From Spirochaetota bacterium (lineage in GTDB: Bacteria; Spirochaetota; UBA4802; JAFGJZ01), in contig JAFGJZ010000167.1 of assembly GCA_016928815.1 (NCBI GenBank), forward strand, positions 478 to 64,477: a DNA stretch of 64,000 nucleotides, given 5' to 3'. The notes under the pieces are model-generated. The model worked only from the letters and a program-made list of their open reading frames with translations, made no database searches and had not been told where the DNA came from. The translations under genes and the position numbers were made by a program. Shown here piece by piece: positions 48,983-58,875 of the stretch (position 1 is its first letter; the number at the start of each line of letters is the position of its first letter).

Positions 48983-51900
48983 ATGCAAATGAAAGAAGTT
49001 ATTGGAATTGATATTGGTTCAATTGCCGTTTCCATTGCAATTGTAAATGAAAATTATGAAATAACATATAGCGATTATACTTTTCACAATGGAGAAATTG
49101 AAAAAACACTTTTTGAAATGTTTGCCGGAATAAACAGCAAATCAATTACCAACATTGCAATTACATCCTCTACTCCTGATATTTTTACCAATGCAGTAAA
49201 ATTCGATATGAGAATTTCATACATAGAAGCGGTTAAAAGACTGTATCCTGATGCAGCATCGCTTTTAATAGTAGGCGGTGAAAAATTCGGACTGATACAA
49301 TTTGATGATAAGAAAAATTATCTCAATTATAAATCAAATACATCATGCGCTGCAGGAACCGGTTCTTTTCTTGATCAGCAGGCACGACGGCTCAATATAT
49401 CTTCTATCTCCGAATTCAGTAAAATTGCGCATTCCAATACAGGTGCAATTCCTAAAATTGCAAGCCGCTGCGCTGTCTTTGCAAAAACCGATCTGATACA
49501 TGCACAGCAGGAAGGTTATTCAGCTGAGGAAATTTGCGATGGCCTATGCTATGGACTTTCAAAAAACATTACCGATACTCTATTTACTTCCAAAAAACCG
49601 GGCACACCGCTAGTATTTGCAGGCGGAGTATCAAAAAACAAAGCAGTCATTAAACACCTTAAAAATTTACTTTCAATAGATATCATAACCGATGATTTCT
49701 CCCATCTTTACGGTGCAGCCGGTGCATGTTTCACTTTTCTAAAAGAAGAAAAATTCACAGGGACAAAAGGAATTGATCTGCCTGCATCAATAAAAACTGC
49801 AGCAAAGGAAAAAGAATATCATCATGAACAGCTTAAACTTAAATTATCAGATTATCCGGATTTTATTACATACGAAAAATTTGATTTTCAATCAACCCAT
49901 AAACCTGCATCTACTCCGGTGGAAACAGACATATATGTTCAGCTTGAAGAAGGAAAGACATATGACGTATACCTCGGTATTGACATCGGTTCAACAAGTA
50001 CCAAAGCTGCAATAATTGACGAAGACAGAAATGTACTGATCGGACTCTATACACGGACTTCCGGCAGACCTCTTGAAGCCTGCCAGACTATATTTGAAAC
50101 AATTAATTATATTTCAAATCAGAAAAAAGCCGCTTTCAGATTCAATAAAACCGCCACTACCGGATCCGGACGTAAATTCATCGGAAGCATAATCGGTGCA
50201 GATCTTGCTCTTGATGAAATTACCGCTCACGCAGCCGCAGCCCTTCAGCTTGATGTAGATGTTGATACAATTATTGAAATCGGCGGACAGGATGCGAAAT
50301 TCACGACACTTAAGGACGGTCGAGTCACATTCTCAATAATGAACAATGTCTGTGCCGCAGGAACCGGAAGTTTCATTGAAGAACAGGCTAAAAAGCTAAA
50401 TGTACCTCTGGCTGATTATTCAAAACGCGCGGAAGCAGTCAAGTCACCTCTTTCCAGCGACAGATGCACCGTATTTATGGAAAGAGATATAAACCATTTT
50501 ATAAGTGACGGATTTTCAGTTGACGAAGTCCTTGCCTCTGTTCTGCATTCAGTAAGAGAAAACTATTTAACAAAAGTTGCAATTCCTCAAAATATCGGCA
50601 GTAAAATTTTTTTCCAGGGGGCAACCGCAAAAAACCGGGCGCTTGTTGCGGCTTTTGAACAGAAACTGAACAAGCCGATTATAGTTTCGAAATACTGTCA
50701 TCTGACCGGAGCTATAGGCTGTGCGCTTAAATCCATGGAAATTGAAGAAAGTAAAACTGCTTTCAGAGGAATAGATCTTTACAGGGAAAACATCCCTATC
50801 CATACAGAAATATGTAACCTGTGCAATAATCACTGCAAAATAAGAATCGCGGATATAAACGGTGAGAAATGCGCATATGGTTTTCTTTGCGGAAGAGATT
50901 ACGAAACCAAACAGTTTGTGAACCGCAATACCTCCGGATATGACCTTCTTAAATCCAGAGCAATGGCTTTTTCTTTTAAATCAAAAACTGAATTCAGGGA
51001 ACAGATCTCAATCGGCATACCATATGCTTTATATCTTGTTGAAGAAATGCCCCTATGGCGCAAATTCTTTGATAATCTCTCAATCAGAACTATTACCAGT
51101 GAACCTCATAAAGATGCAGTCAGAGAAGGTAAACTGCTGTCAGGAGCTGAATTCTGCGCTCCCATGGCTGCAATACAGGGACATACGAAATATCTTTTTG
51201 ACAAATGTGATTTTATATTTATACCGGTTTATCTTGAACAGAAAGGTGACTTAAAAAATGAAATCCGCAGAAATTACTGTTACTACAGCCAGTATGCATC
51301 TTCAATTGTTAAAAGCATTGATTTATTTTATCAGAAGGATAAAATTCTTTCACCGGTGATACGCTCGCTGCAGAACTCTCTCTTCATGAAAAATGAACTT
51401 CTTAAAATGCTGAAGCCTCTTCTAAAGGAGAATATTTCATTTTTACAGGTATCTGCGGCTTATGATAATGCATTTCAATTCTTTACAGAAAAACAGAGTG
51501 ACTTAAAAAAAATCTTCATAAAAGAATCTTCTAAAGAGGATAACCTGAAAGTTATTCTTCTCGGCAGACCTTACACCATACTAAACAGACATATGAATAA
51601 TAATATCCCGGAAATATTCGGACGGCAGGGAATAAAGGCATTTTATCAGGATATGCTCACCTATGACGAGAACAGCACAGCCAGAATCAAACCAATGCTT
51701 GATTTTTTTCACTGGCATTATGCTGTCAAAATTCTTGAATCAGCTGAATACATAGCAAACACAAAGGGTCTATATCCGGTATTTATTACATCTTTCAAAT
51801 GTTCACCGGATTCATTTACAATAGATTATTTTAAAAAAATAATGGATTCATATAATAAACCTTATCTCATTCTTCAGCTTGATGAGCATGATTCAAGTGT

Positions 51901-53200
51901 CGGCTATGAAACACGGATAGAGGCTGCCGTAAGGTCATTTAAAAATCATTTTGAAAAATCAGGTGAAAATGAAAGCATTCCAGTATCATTCACAACAGAT
52001 GTCATTTATAAAAAAACAGCCGCATTAAAAAGCAAAACCATTCTTTTCCCGAACTGGGACAAATACACATGTCCTTTAATCTGTTCAATTCTTAATTCAA
52101 AAGGATTTAAAGCGGAACCTATTGATGAATCTGAAAAAACAATTTTCGGAAGCCTGCAGATTAACACAGGACAATGTATTCCGTTAACTGCAATATTATT
52201 TAATGCAATCGAACATATTAAACATCATAAACTCAAAGCTGAAGATTGTGCAATCTGGATATTTGATTCAAGTATATCATGCAACATACGGATGTATCCA
52301 TATTACATGGAAAAACTTCTCGAAAATTACGAAGAGGAATATAGAAAACTTTCTGTTTTTAACGGAGAATTTCTTTTTAAGGATTTCGGCATATCAACTT
52401 CCGTAGAAGTATACTTTGCATATCTTTTTGGCGGATTTCTAAGAAAAGCCGGATGCAAAATACGGCCATACGAAGTAAATAGAGGAGAAACAGATAAAGT
52501 ACTGGAAAAGTGCATAGCTTTATGCGAAAGCATGTTTAAATACGGAATTGACAAGGAAAAAATTGCAGAAGACATGGTTGCAATGCTTGAAAAAATTGAA
52601 ACCGTTTCCGGAAACCGGACAAAGGTTGCAATTTTCGGCGATTTATATGCAAGAGATAATGACATCTTCAATATGAATCTTATTCGGGTCATTGAGGAAA
52701 ACGGCGGAGAGGCAATTACAACTCCGTACAGTGATTACGGGAAAATAATTTCCAGTCCTTATTTTAAAAAATGGCTTAAAGAAGGAAGATACCTGGACAG
52801 TGCTACAGGTAAAGTACTGAAAGAAACAGTAAAAGTACTTGAAGGTAAATATGTTAAAATTTTCAAAAGAATCGTTGAAGACATCGATCATGATCCGGAA
52901 GTTCCTGCTGAAAACATACTTCCGCTGCTTGATGTTCAGCTTGAAAATACCGGTGAATCAATGGATAACGTTTTAAAAATATTTTCACTTATAAAAAACT
53001 ATCCTGATATTAATCTTTTCGTTCAGACAAATCCCGCATACTGCTGTCCGTCACTCGTGACGCAGGCAATGGCTGAACGTATTGAAAAAGTAACATCTAT
53101 CCCGGTACTGACAATTGAATATGACGGAACAGGTGCAAATGTAAATGAAAGTATCATACCGTATCTGAAATATCCAAGGAAAAAAAATAGCAGTAACTAG
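48983..53200 (+). CDS. Giant fusion protein: two BadF/BadG/BcrA/BcrD-type (HgdC-like) CoA-enzyme activase ATPase domains plus a C-terminal 2-hydroxyacyl-CoA dehydratase (HgdB/DUF2229)-like region
   Basis: VIGIDIGSIAVSIAIV and YLGIDIGSTSTKAAII are two acetate/sugar-kinase-fold phosphate-1 motifs. Each is followed by a CAAGTGSF block, the HgdC-like Fe-S ligand region. The C-terminal 750 aa or so are Cys-containing and dehydratase-like. 1405 aa. Confidence 0.65.
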   Translation: MQMKEVIGIDIGSIAVSIAIVNENYEITYSDYTFHNGEIEKTLFEMFAGINSKSITNIAITSSTPDIFTNAVKFDMRISYIEAVKRLYPDAASLLIVGGEKFGLIQFDDKKNYLNYKSNTSCAAGTGSFLDQQARRLNISSISEFSKIAHSNTGAIPKIASRCAVFAKTDLIHAQQEGYSAEEICDGLCYGLSKNITDTLFTSKKPGTPLVFAGGVSKNKAVIKHLKNLLSIDIITDDFSHLYGAAGACFTFLKEEKFTGTKGIDLPASIKTAAKEKEYHHEQLKLKLSDYPDFITYEKFDFQSTHKPASTPVETDIYVQLEEGKTYDVYLGIDIGSTSTKAAIIDEDRNVLIGLYTRTSGRPLEACQTIFETINYISNQKKAAFRFNKTATTGSGRKFIGSIIGADLALDEITAHAAAALQLDVDVDTIIEIGGQDAKFTTLKDGRVTFSIMNNVCAAGTGSFIEEQAKKLNVPLADYSKRAEAVKSPLSSDRCTVFMERDINHFISDGFSVDEVLASVLHSVRENYLTKVAIPQNIGSKIFFQGATAKNRALVAAFEQKLNKPIIVSKYCHLTGAIGCALKSMEIEESKTAFRGIDLYRENIPIHTEICNLCNNHCKIRIADINGEKCAYGFLCGRDYETKQFVNRNTSGYDLLKSRAMAFSFKSKTEFREQISIGIPYALYLVEEMPLWRKFFDNLSIRTITSEPHKDAVREGKLLSGAEFCAPMAAIQGHTKYLFDKCDFIFIPVYLEQKGDLKNEIRRNYCYYSQYASSIVKSIDLFYQKDKILSPVIRSLQNSLFMKNELLKMLKPLLKENISFLQVSAAYDNAFQFFTEKQSDLKKIFIKESSKEDNLKVILLGRPYTILNRHMNNNIPEIFGRQGIKAFYQDMLTYDENSTARIKPMLDFFHWHYAVKILESAEYIANTKGLYPVFITSFKCSPDSFTIDYFKKIMDSYNKPYLILQLDEHDSSVGYETRIEAAVRSFKNHFEKSGENESIPVSFTTDVIYKKTAALKSKTILFPNWDKYTCPLICSILNSKGFKAEPIDESEKTIFGSLQINTGQCIPLTAILFNAIEHIKHHKLKAEDCAIWIFDSSISCNIRMYPYYMEKLLENYEEEYRKLSVFNGEFLFKDFGISTSVEVYFAYLFGGFLRKAGCKIRPYEVNRGETDKVLEKCIALCESMFKYGIDKEKIAEDMVAMLEKIETVSGNRTKVAIFGDLYARDNDIFNMNLIRVIEENGGEAITTPYSDYGKIISSPYFKKWLKEGRYLDSATGKVLKETVKVLEGKYVKIFKRIVEDIDHDPEVPAENILPLLDVQLENTGESMDNVLKIFSLIKNYPDINLFVQTNPAYCCPSLVTQAMAERIEKVTSIPVLTIEYDGTGANVNESIIPYLKYPRKKNSSN

Positions 53201-53217
53201 CAATTTACAAACTTCAT

Positions 53218-53268
53218 AAATATAAATATGTTCTATGTCCTGTAACAGTATAGAACGTATTTATATTT
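53218..53268. repeat. Long AT-rich inverted repeat (19-bp arms, 13-nt loop) between the giant gene and uppP
   Basis: AAATATAAATATGTTCTAT-gtcctgtaacagt-ATAGAACGTATTTATATTT. 18 of 19 arm positions pair. Confidence 0.6.
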
Positions 53269-53299
53269 TATAAAAGCGGCCTGAATTAAAAAAGCAATA

Positions 53300-54133
53300 T
53301 CAGACAGCTGCGATTACTATACAGCAGATACCAACTAGAGCCGTATAATATCCGAAAATGTCTACACGGACTTTTTTCACAAAATAGAACAGCAGTTTCA
53401 TTGCAAATAAAGCAACAATAACCGTTAAAATCATCGCCAGAAACAGAATTGCATAAAAATCCAATCCGAGATTTTTTCCGGAAATCTTTATTCCTTCAAT
53501 TAGTCCGGCACCCGCTATTACCGGTATGGCCATCAGAAATGAAAAACGTGCAGCATCATTTGGCTTGAGCCCTGTCAGCAGACCGCCTGAAATAGTCATT
53601 CCGCTTCGGGATATTCCCGGAATTATCGCCAGTGCCTGGAATAAACCTATAATCAAAGCACGGATAAATCCGGTCTGTTCCAGATCATTATCCTTAATTT
53701 TTATAAAACGTGTTGATGAAAGGATAAATCCGTTTATTACAAGAAGGATACCGACAGCCAGCAATGAACCAAACAGTACTTCAAGATAATCATTCAGGAA
53801 AATACCTGCAAAACCTGCGGGTATTGAAGCAACTATGATATACAAAGGAAGAAGAAAACCTGATGATTTGAATTCCTTTTTTGAGACAGCGGAAAAAAAG
53901 CAGGTAATTATTTTAAAAATATCCGATCTGAGATAAATTAGTACCGCTATTAAAGTAGCCACATGCAGAGCTACATTTATGAATAATCCGATATCTTCAC
54001 CAAATGTATTCAGTATATCTCGAATGAAAGGTATATGTTCACATATAACAAGATGTCCTGAACTGGAAACCGGAAGAAATTCAGCAATGCCCTGGACAAC
54101 TCCTAAAATAATCAATGCAATTATTAGATTCAT
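53300..54133 (-). CDS. uppP: Undecaprenyl-diphosphatase (BacA/UppP)
   Basis: GVVQGIAEFLPVSSSGHL signature. Eight TM helices. PGISRSGMTISGGL second motif. Confidence 0.9.
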   Translation of the reverse strand: MNLIIALIILGVVQGIAEFLPVSSSGHLVICEHIPFIRDILNTFGEDIGLFINVALHVATLIAVLIYLRSDIFKIITCFFSAVSKKEFKSSGFLLPLYIIVASIPAGFAGIFLNDYLEVLFGSLLAVGILLVINGFILSSTRFIKIKDNDLEQTGFIRALIIGLFQALAIIPGISRSGMTISGGLLTGLKPNDAARFSFLMAIPVIAGAGLIEGIKISGKNLGLDFYAILFLAMILTVIVALFAMKLLFYFVKKVRVDIFGYYTALVGICCIVIAAV

Positions 54134-54145
54134 TTTATGCTCCGT

Positions 54146-55813
54146 TTATAGAAATATAATCTGTGTATCAATGAGAGGCGTTCGTCTAACAGTGCGGAAC
54201 AGAAGATTTTTCAAATTCCTTTTTACTGCAACTGATACTTCCGTCTTTGTAATTTTACTTTTAGCTAATTTATTTATTCTATTTTCAACTTCCAGGTATA
54301 TGAGATCACGGATTTTTTCATTTTCAAATTCAGCAAATCCCCTGGTAACTATTACCGGAGGATGCATCAGAAGTCCTTCAGCAAAAACAAGTGTGACGAA
54401 GATTATTCCGTCGCTTGACATAGTCTGTCTTTCTTTAATTATACCGCTGCTTAAGTCGCCTGTAATCGAACCATCTACAAAAACGTTCTGTATCTGTATT
54501 TTACCTTTCTTTTCAAATTTAGTTTTTGTAAGTTCAAGGATATCGCCGTTTTCCGCGACAATAATCCTAGAAGGTTTAATTCCGAGTGATTCAGCTATTT
54601 TTGCATTTGCCTTCAAATGTTTGTATTCGCCGTGAATCGGCATGTAAAAACTCGGCCTGACAAGAGTCAGAATAACTTTTATCTCTTCCTGTGAAGCATG
54701 GCCGGATACATGAATATCCTCATCCTGCTCATAATGGACAATTACACCCAGACGAAGTAAAGAATTTATTACATTACCGACAGTCCTTTCATTTCCTGGA
54801 ATTATCGAAGCGGTTATTATTACACGATCGCCTGATCCGCACTGAAAATGACGGTGTGTACCATTTGCCATTCTTGACAACGCGCTCATTGGTTCTCCCT
54901 GTGTTCCCGTACAGATAATCACCACTTTTTTGTCCGGAAGTTTGGATGCAGCTTCAGGTTCAATAATTATTTCATCTTTATAGGAAAGATAACCGAGATC
55001 CCTGGCAATCTCTATATTTTTTACCATTGTACGACCACTGATAACTACTTTCCGGTTGTATCTTTTACAGGAATCAAGAACCTGCTGTATTCTGTTAATG
55101 TTAGATGCAAAAGTTGCTACAATAATTCTTCCGTTGGCAGTAGAAAAAATCTCATTCATTTTTTCAAAAATTACGGACTCAGATCCGGTATATCCCGGAC
55201 GTTCAGCATTCGTACTGTCGCACATAAGAAGTAATACACCTTTTTCACCGTATTCTGCAAAATGATGCATATCAGTAACTTTCCCGTCAACAGGTGAAAA
55301 ATCGATTTTAAAATCTCCGGTGTGGATAATAGTCCCGAGATCCGTTGTAATTGCAATACCGACACCGTCTACAATTGAATGATTTACTCTTATAAAATCA
55401 ACCTTGAAACTGCCGATTTCTGCAATATCACGCGGTTGAATTTCAATAAGCTTCGGCTCAATAAGATATTTTTTATCTTCAAGGCGGCTTCTTATAAGGC
55501 CAAGCGTCAAACGCGTACCAAAAAGCGGAACGTTCAGTTCCTGGAGCAGAAAACTAACAGCTCCAATATGATCCTCATGACCATGAGTAATAACAATCCC
55601 TTTGACCTTGTCACGGTTTTCTCTAACATAGTTAAAATCCGGAATTATAAAATCAATTCCATGCATTTCCGCTGTGGGAAACATAATTCCGCAGTCAACA
55701 ATCAGAATCTGATCCTTATATTCAAAAAGGGTCATATTTCTGCCGATTGTGTCAAGACCTCCGACAGGAATAATTTTTAATCTGTCAACTGCAGGTTTTT
55801 TAGTTGTCTTCAT
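54146..55813 (-). CDS. rnj: Ribonuclease J (metallo-beta-lactamase/beta-CASP family)
   Basis: ITHGHEDHIGA (HxHxDH). LKIIPVGGLDTIGRNMTLFEY N-terminus typical of RNase J. 555 aa. Confidence 0.9.
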   Translation of the reverse strand: MKTTKKPAVDRLKIIPVGGLDTIGRNMTLFEYKDQILIVDCGIMFPTAEMHGIDFIIPDFNYVRENRDKVKGIVITHGHEDHIGAVSFLLQELNVPLFGTRLTLGLIRSRLEDKKYLIEPKLIEIQPRDIAEIGSFKVDFIRVNHSIVDGVGIAITTDLGTIIHTGDFKIDFSPVDGKVTDMHHFAEYGEKGVLLLMCDSTNAERPGYTGSESVIFEKMNEIFSTANGRIIVATFASNINRIQQVLDSCKRYNRKVVISGRTMVKNIEIARDLGYLSYKDEIIIEPEAASKLPDKKVVIICTGTQGEPMSALSRMANGTHRHFQCGSGDRVIITASIIPGNERTVGNVINSLLRLGVIVHYEQDEDIHVSGHASQEEIKVILTLVRPSFYMPIHGEYKHLKANAKIAESLGIKPSRIIVAENGDILELTKTKFEKKGKIQIQNVFVDGSITGDLSSGIIKERQTMSSDGIIFVTLVFAEGLLMHPPVIVTRGFAEFENEKIRDLIYLEVENRINKLAKSKITKTEVSVAVKRNLKNLLFRTVRRTPLIDTQIIFL

Positions 55814-56244
55814 ATACCTGTATGCCCGAAACCGCCTTCTCCGCGGTTACTTTCATTTAAAATTTCTGTTTCAATAAACATTCCTGAATATACTTTTGCA
55901 AATATCATCTGTGCAATGCGCATATGATTGGTAACTGTAAAATTTTCAGTTCCGGAATTTATCATAATTATTTTTATTTCCCCTCTATAATCAGCATCAA
56001 TGGTTCCAGGCGAATTCAGCAGAGAAATACCGTGCTTTACGGCAAGCCCGCTTCGCGGACGGATCTGAGCTTCATACCCCGGAGGAAGTTCTATGGATAT
56101 TCCGGTTGGAATTAGCTTCACTTCACCAGGTCCTATTATCACATCTTCCTGTAGAAAGGAATAAATATCCGCGCCGGCGGCATTTTTAGTTTTATATTCC
56201 GGAATTACCGCACCGGGACTTTTAATTATTTTTACAGGAATCAT
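55810..56244 (-). CDS. dut: dUTP diphosphatase
   Basis: AAGADIYS. RPRSGLAVKHGISLLNSPGTIDADYRGEIKIIMIN. 144 aa. 4-nt overlap with rnj. Confidence 0.9.
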   Translation of the reverse strand: MIPVKIIKSPGAVIPEYKTKNAAGADIYSFLQEDVIIGPGEVKLIPTGISIELPPGYEAQIRPRSGLAVKHGISLLNSPGTIDADYRGEIKIIMINSGTENFTVTNHMRIAQMIFAKVYSGMFIETEILNESNRGEGGFGHTGI

Positions 56245-56361
56245 CTGAAACTGCTCACTTTTAATTATTTAATGCAGAAAAACATCTCTATATAATTATC
56301 TTCCATAACTTCTGTCAAGAGAAAAGAATAAGTTTACCGGTTCCTCTTCAGAGGATTAAGT

Positions 56362-57318
56362 TTATTTCCTGATCCTGAATTTGAAGTATTGTGAAACACC
56401 AAAATAATATGAAAGAATATTTTCAAAAATAATTACCTTTTCAAAAGATGTAAGTTCATCCAGAAGATGGTTAAAACTCATATTCTGCGGAACATTCTGC
56501 TCATCGATAAGCTTATATATCTCATGCTCAACAATAAATTTCATTTTTCTGGATGTCCACTTAAGACTAAATAATTCCGGAAGTAATTCAAAAATAACTT
56601 CTGAATACTGCTGAAGAGTCACTTCCTTCTGTGAAGACGTTAACAGCTTTTCAAAAAATATATTCAGAATAAAATCATCATTTTTTTTGATTTTAACAGT
56701 TTCATGGCCGTGAAAACATACATCACCCGAGGAATCATATGAATAATAAAATTTTTCGGATTTTTCTTCAATTGTTGAATGAGGATAAATAAAAGCGCAT
56801 TCTTTCAATAACGGTATTTTAGATACGATCTGTTTTTCATTTTTATTTTTTCTGGTAAAAATCGATTCCTCATCATATTTCCACGGAGAAACTACTTTTG
56901 CCCTGCTTAAAAGGGACATATCACGCCTGTTATAGAATAATGGAACTGCATAGCCTGCTGCAGATATTTTATTCAGCATTACAAGAGCGTTATGTGCGCT
57001 GAAGCCCTGATCAGACATATCAGGAGAAAGAGAAAAACCATAAATATCCGAAGGTTGGGATTTTACTGATAACCGCTGGGATGAAACTGAAGAGTCCGAG
57101 CCATCAGGAATAAAAAACGGCAATGTGTATTTAAAGAAAAAAGGTGTGATGGAAACCAGTTCACCGTTAAATCCTGTTACATCTGAAGAAATTGAACTTA
57201 TGCGGCTTATTTCTATCGCACTTTTAGGATAATATGCGCCATTAATATAATCTTCAATGAAATATAGAAACTCATCAATAGAAAAATCAGGATTTTTCCG
57301 TATTCTTTCAACTTTCAT
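56362..57318 (-). CDS. Hypothetical protein
   Basis: 318 aa with no recognised motif. Co-oriented with dut-rnj-uppP. Confidence 0.35.
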   Translation of the reverse strand: MKVERIRKNPDFSIDEFLYFIEDYINGAYYPKSAIEISRISSISSDVTGFNGELVSITPFFFKYTLPFFIPDGSDSSVSSQRLSVKSQPSDIYGFSLSPDMSDQGFSAHNALVMLNKISAAGYAVPLFYNRRDMSLLSRAKVVSPWKYDEESIFTRKNKNEKQIVSKIPLLKECAFIYPHSTIEEKSEKFYYSYDSSGDVCFHGHETVKIKKNDDFILNIFFEKLLTSSQKEVTLQQYSEVIFELLPELFSLKWTSRKMKFIVEHEIYKLIDEQNVPQNMSFNHLLDELTSFEKVIIFENILSYYFGVSQYFKFRIRK

Positions 57319-57401
57319 TCTATTACCTCAACACTTATAAAACATCATAATAATTAAAATATTTCAACTATTAAATTTACATTTTAAAAATATCATAAAA
57401 T

Positions 57402-58238
57402 TCAATAAATAACAAATTGGATAGAATAAATAAGCCGATTATTTTCAACTGAAACCTCAATAACGGAATATAGATCTGCTGCAATATTATTTTTTCCCGA
57501 ATTTTCAATTTTAAAATATAATCTATACCTTTTAATACCATTTTTTGTTCCGGCATATAAAACAGATACAGAAGAAACACTTTTAATGGAAACCGCGTAA
57601 TCATAAACCGTCGACAGAGAATTTTTAAAAATATTCAGTTTATCCTGACTTTGTATATCCCACATTTTTTCTAAATTGGAAATATTTTTTTTCTGCAGAG
57701 CATCAGTTAAATCATTCTGCAAACGCAACGCAAAATCACTCAACTCGGCCGGGAATACAGGTTCAGGTTCAGAAAGACCGGATCCGGAAAATTCACTTGT
57801 ATTGAAAGTATAGTTATACATCCTGCCGTCAGGAATGAATTTATTATCACAGGCAAGAAGCGTAACTGCAATTTTATCACCAATCACATATGAATCATGA
57901 TAATTATTCAACATGGATGCATTTTTCCTATATCCTTTTTGCAATGCAGCAGCAGCTATTTTTCCAGCAAATGGCTTATCAGTGGAAACAGGATTCCCCT
58001 TAAAGAGAACTCTGACAGAAAGCATAAAACGTGCAATTACCCAGGTTCCCTGCGTAAAGACAGGATTACCATCAATCTGCCATGTTTCAGGATAAGTTAC
58101 AAGTTCCTCTTCAAAATCAGAGACATTAAAGAACATTTCCTGCCCCGGAATTGTCCCGTCTCCTGAACCTGCTGCAGTAAATATTAATATAAGCAGGAAT
58201 ATCTGCAAAAAGAATAATTTTAAAATCAGTTTACCCAT
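57402..58238 (-). CDS. Secreted protein of unknown function
   Basis: Signal peptide MGKLILKLFFLQIFLLILIFTAAGSG. Confidence 0.4.
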   Translation of the reverse strand: MGKLILKLFFLQIFLLILIFTAAGSGDGTIPGQEMFFNVSDFEEELVTYPETWQIDGNPVFTQGTWVIARFMLSVRVLFKGNPVSTDKPFAGKIAAAALQKGYRKNASMLNNYHDSYVIGDKIAVTLLACDNKFIPDGRMYNYTFNTSEFSGSGLSEPEPVFPAELSDFALRLQNDLTDALQKKNISNLEKMWDIQSQDKLNIFKNSLSTVYDYAVSIKSVSSVSVLYAGTKNGIKRYRLYFKIENSGKNNIAADLYSVIEVSVENNRLIYSIQFVIY

Positions 58239-58332
58239 AACTGTATCTTACATTGTTAAAAAAATTTATCAAATATAAAAAAATTTTTAAATTTTTCCAT
58301 ATTTAAACGTATTAAACATAAGGAGGTATTAT

Positions 58333-58788
58333 ATGGAAAAAATCATACATCATCATACTTCAGCTAATATTGATTCATTTTTTCTGGATAATATCATTAC
58401 TGTTTCATCCAGATTTCGATTATCCGGTTCAGAAATTTTCAAGGATTTGGTTCAGTTAACAATCAATCAGATAAAAAGTAAGAAAACATCAGGTATTCTT
58501 ACAGAATATCAGGACCATAAACCTGAAAACTGGAAAACGCTTTATTATTCACTGAATACGGAAGAAATTGAATTATTTACAGCGGCAAGACAGAGCCACA
58601 AAATTTCAATTTCCAAACTTGCTTTTATCGGGTTTCTTCTTTTCTGGAAACTGCTTATCTTTATTTATAAAAACAAATATTTAAAAAAGCATGAAATTTC
58701 TTTATATAGTTATATTAAATATCAGAAAAAATTGCAAAATTTTATTATTTATTTTAAAAAAAGAATAAATTTGATCCAAAAAGAATAA
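58333..58788 (+). CDS. Small protein, member C of the three-copy paralogous family
   Basis: See 40656..41114. Good SD AAGGAGG. Conserved leader ACGTATTAAACATAAGGAGG. Confidence 0.5.
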   Translation: MEKIIHHHTSANIDSFFLDNIITVSSRFRLSGSEIFKDLVQLTINQIKSKKTSGILTEYQDHKPENWKTLYYSLNTEEIELFTAARQSHKISISKLAFIGFLLFWKLLIFIYKNKYLKKHEISLYSYIKYQKKLQNFIIYFKKRINLIQKE

Positions 58789-58875
58789 AAAACACCTCAA
58801 CCCATTCACATACAGCCATATTTCTATTTCACATAAAATCAGGAGAATATTTCCATATTTGCATGTTAAAAAATT

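Noticed and set aside
57377-57604. 75-aa ORF overlapping the start of the 57402..58238 secreted-protein gene
   Set aside because: Alternative frame of the same locus; hydrophobic junk translation.
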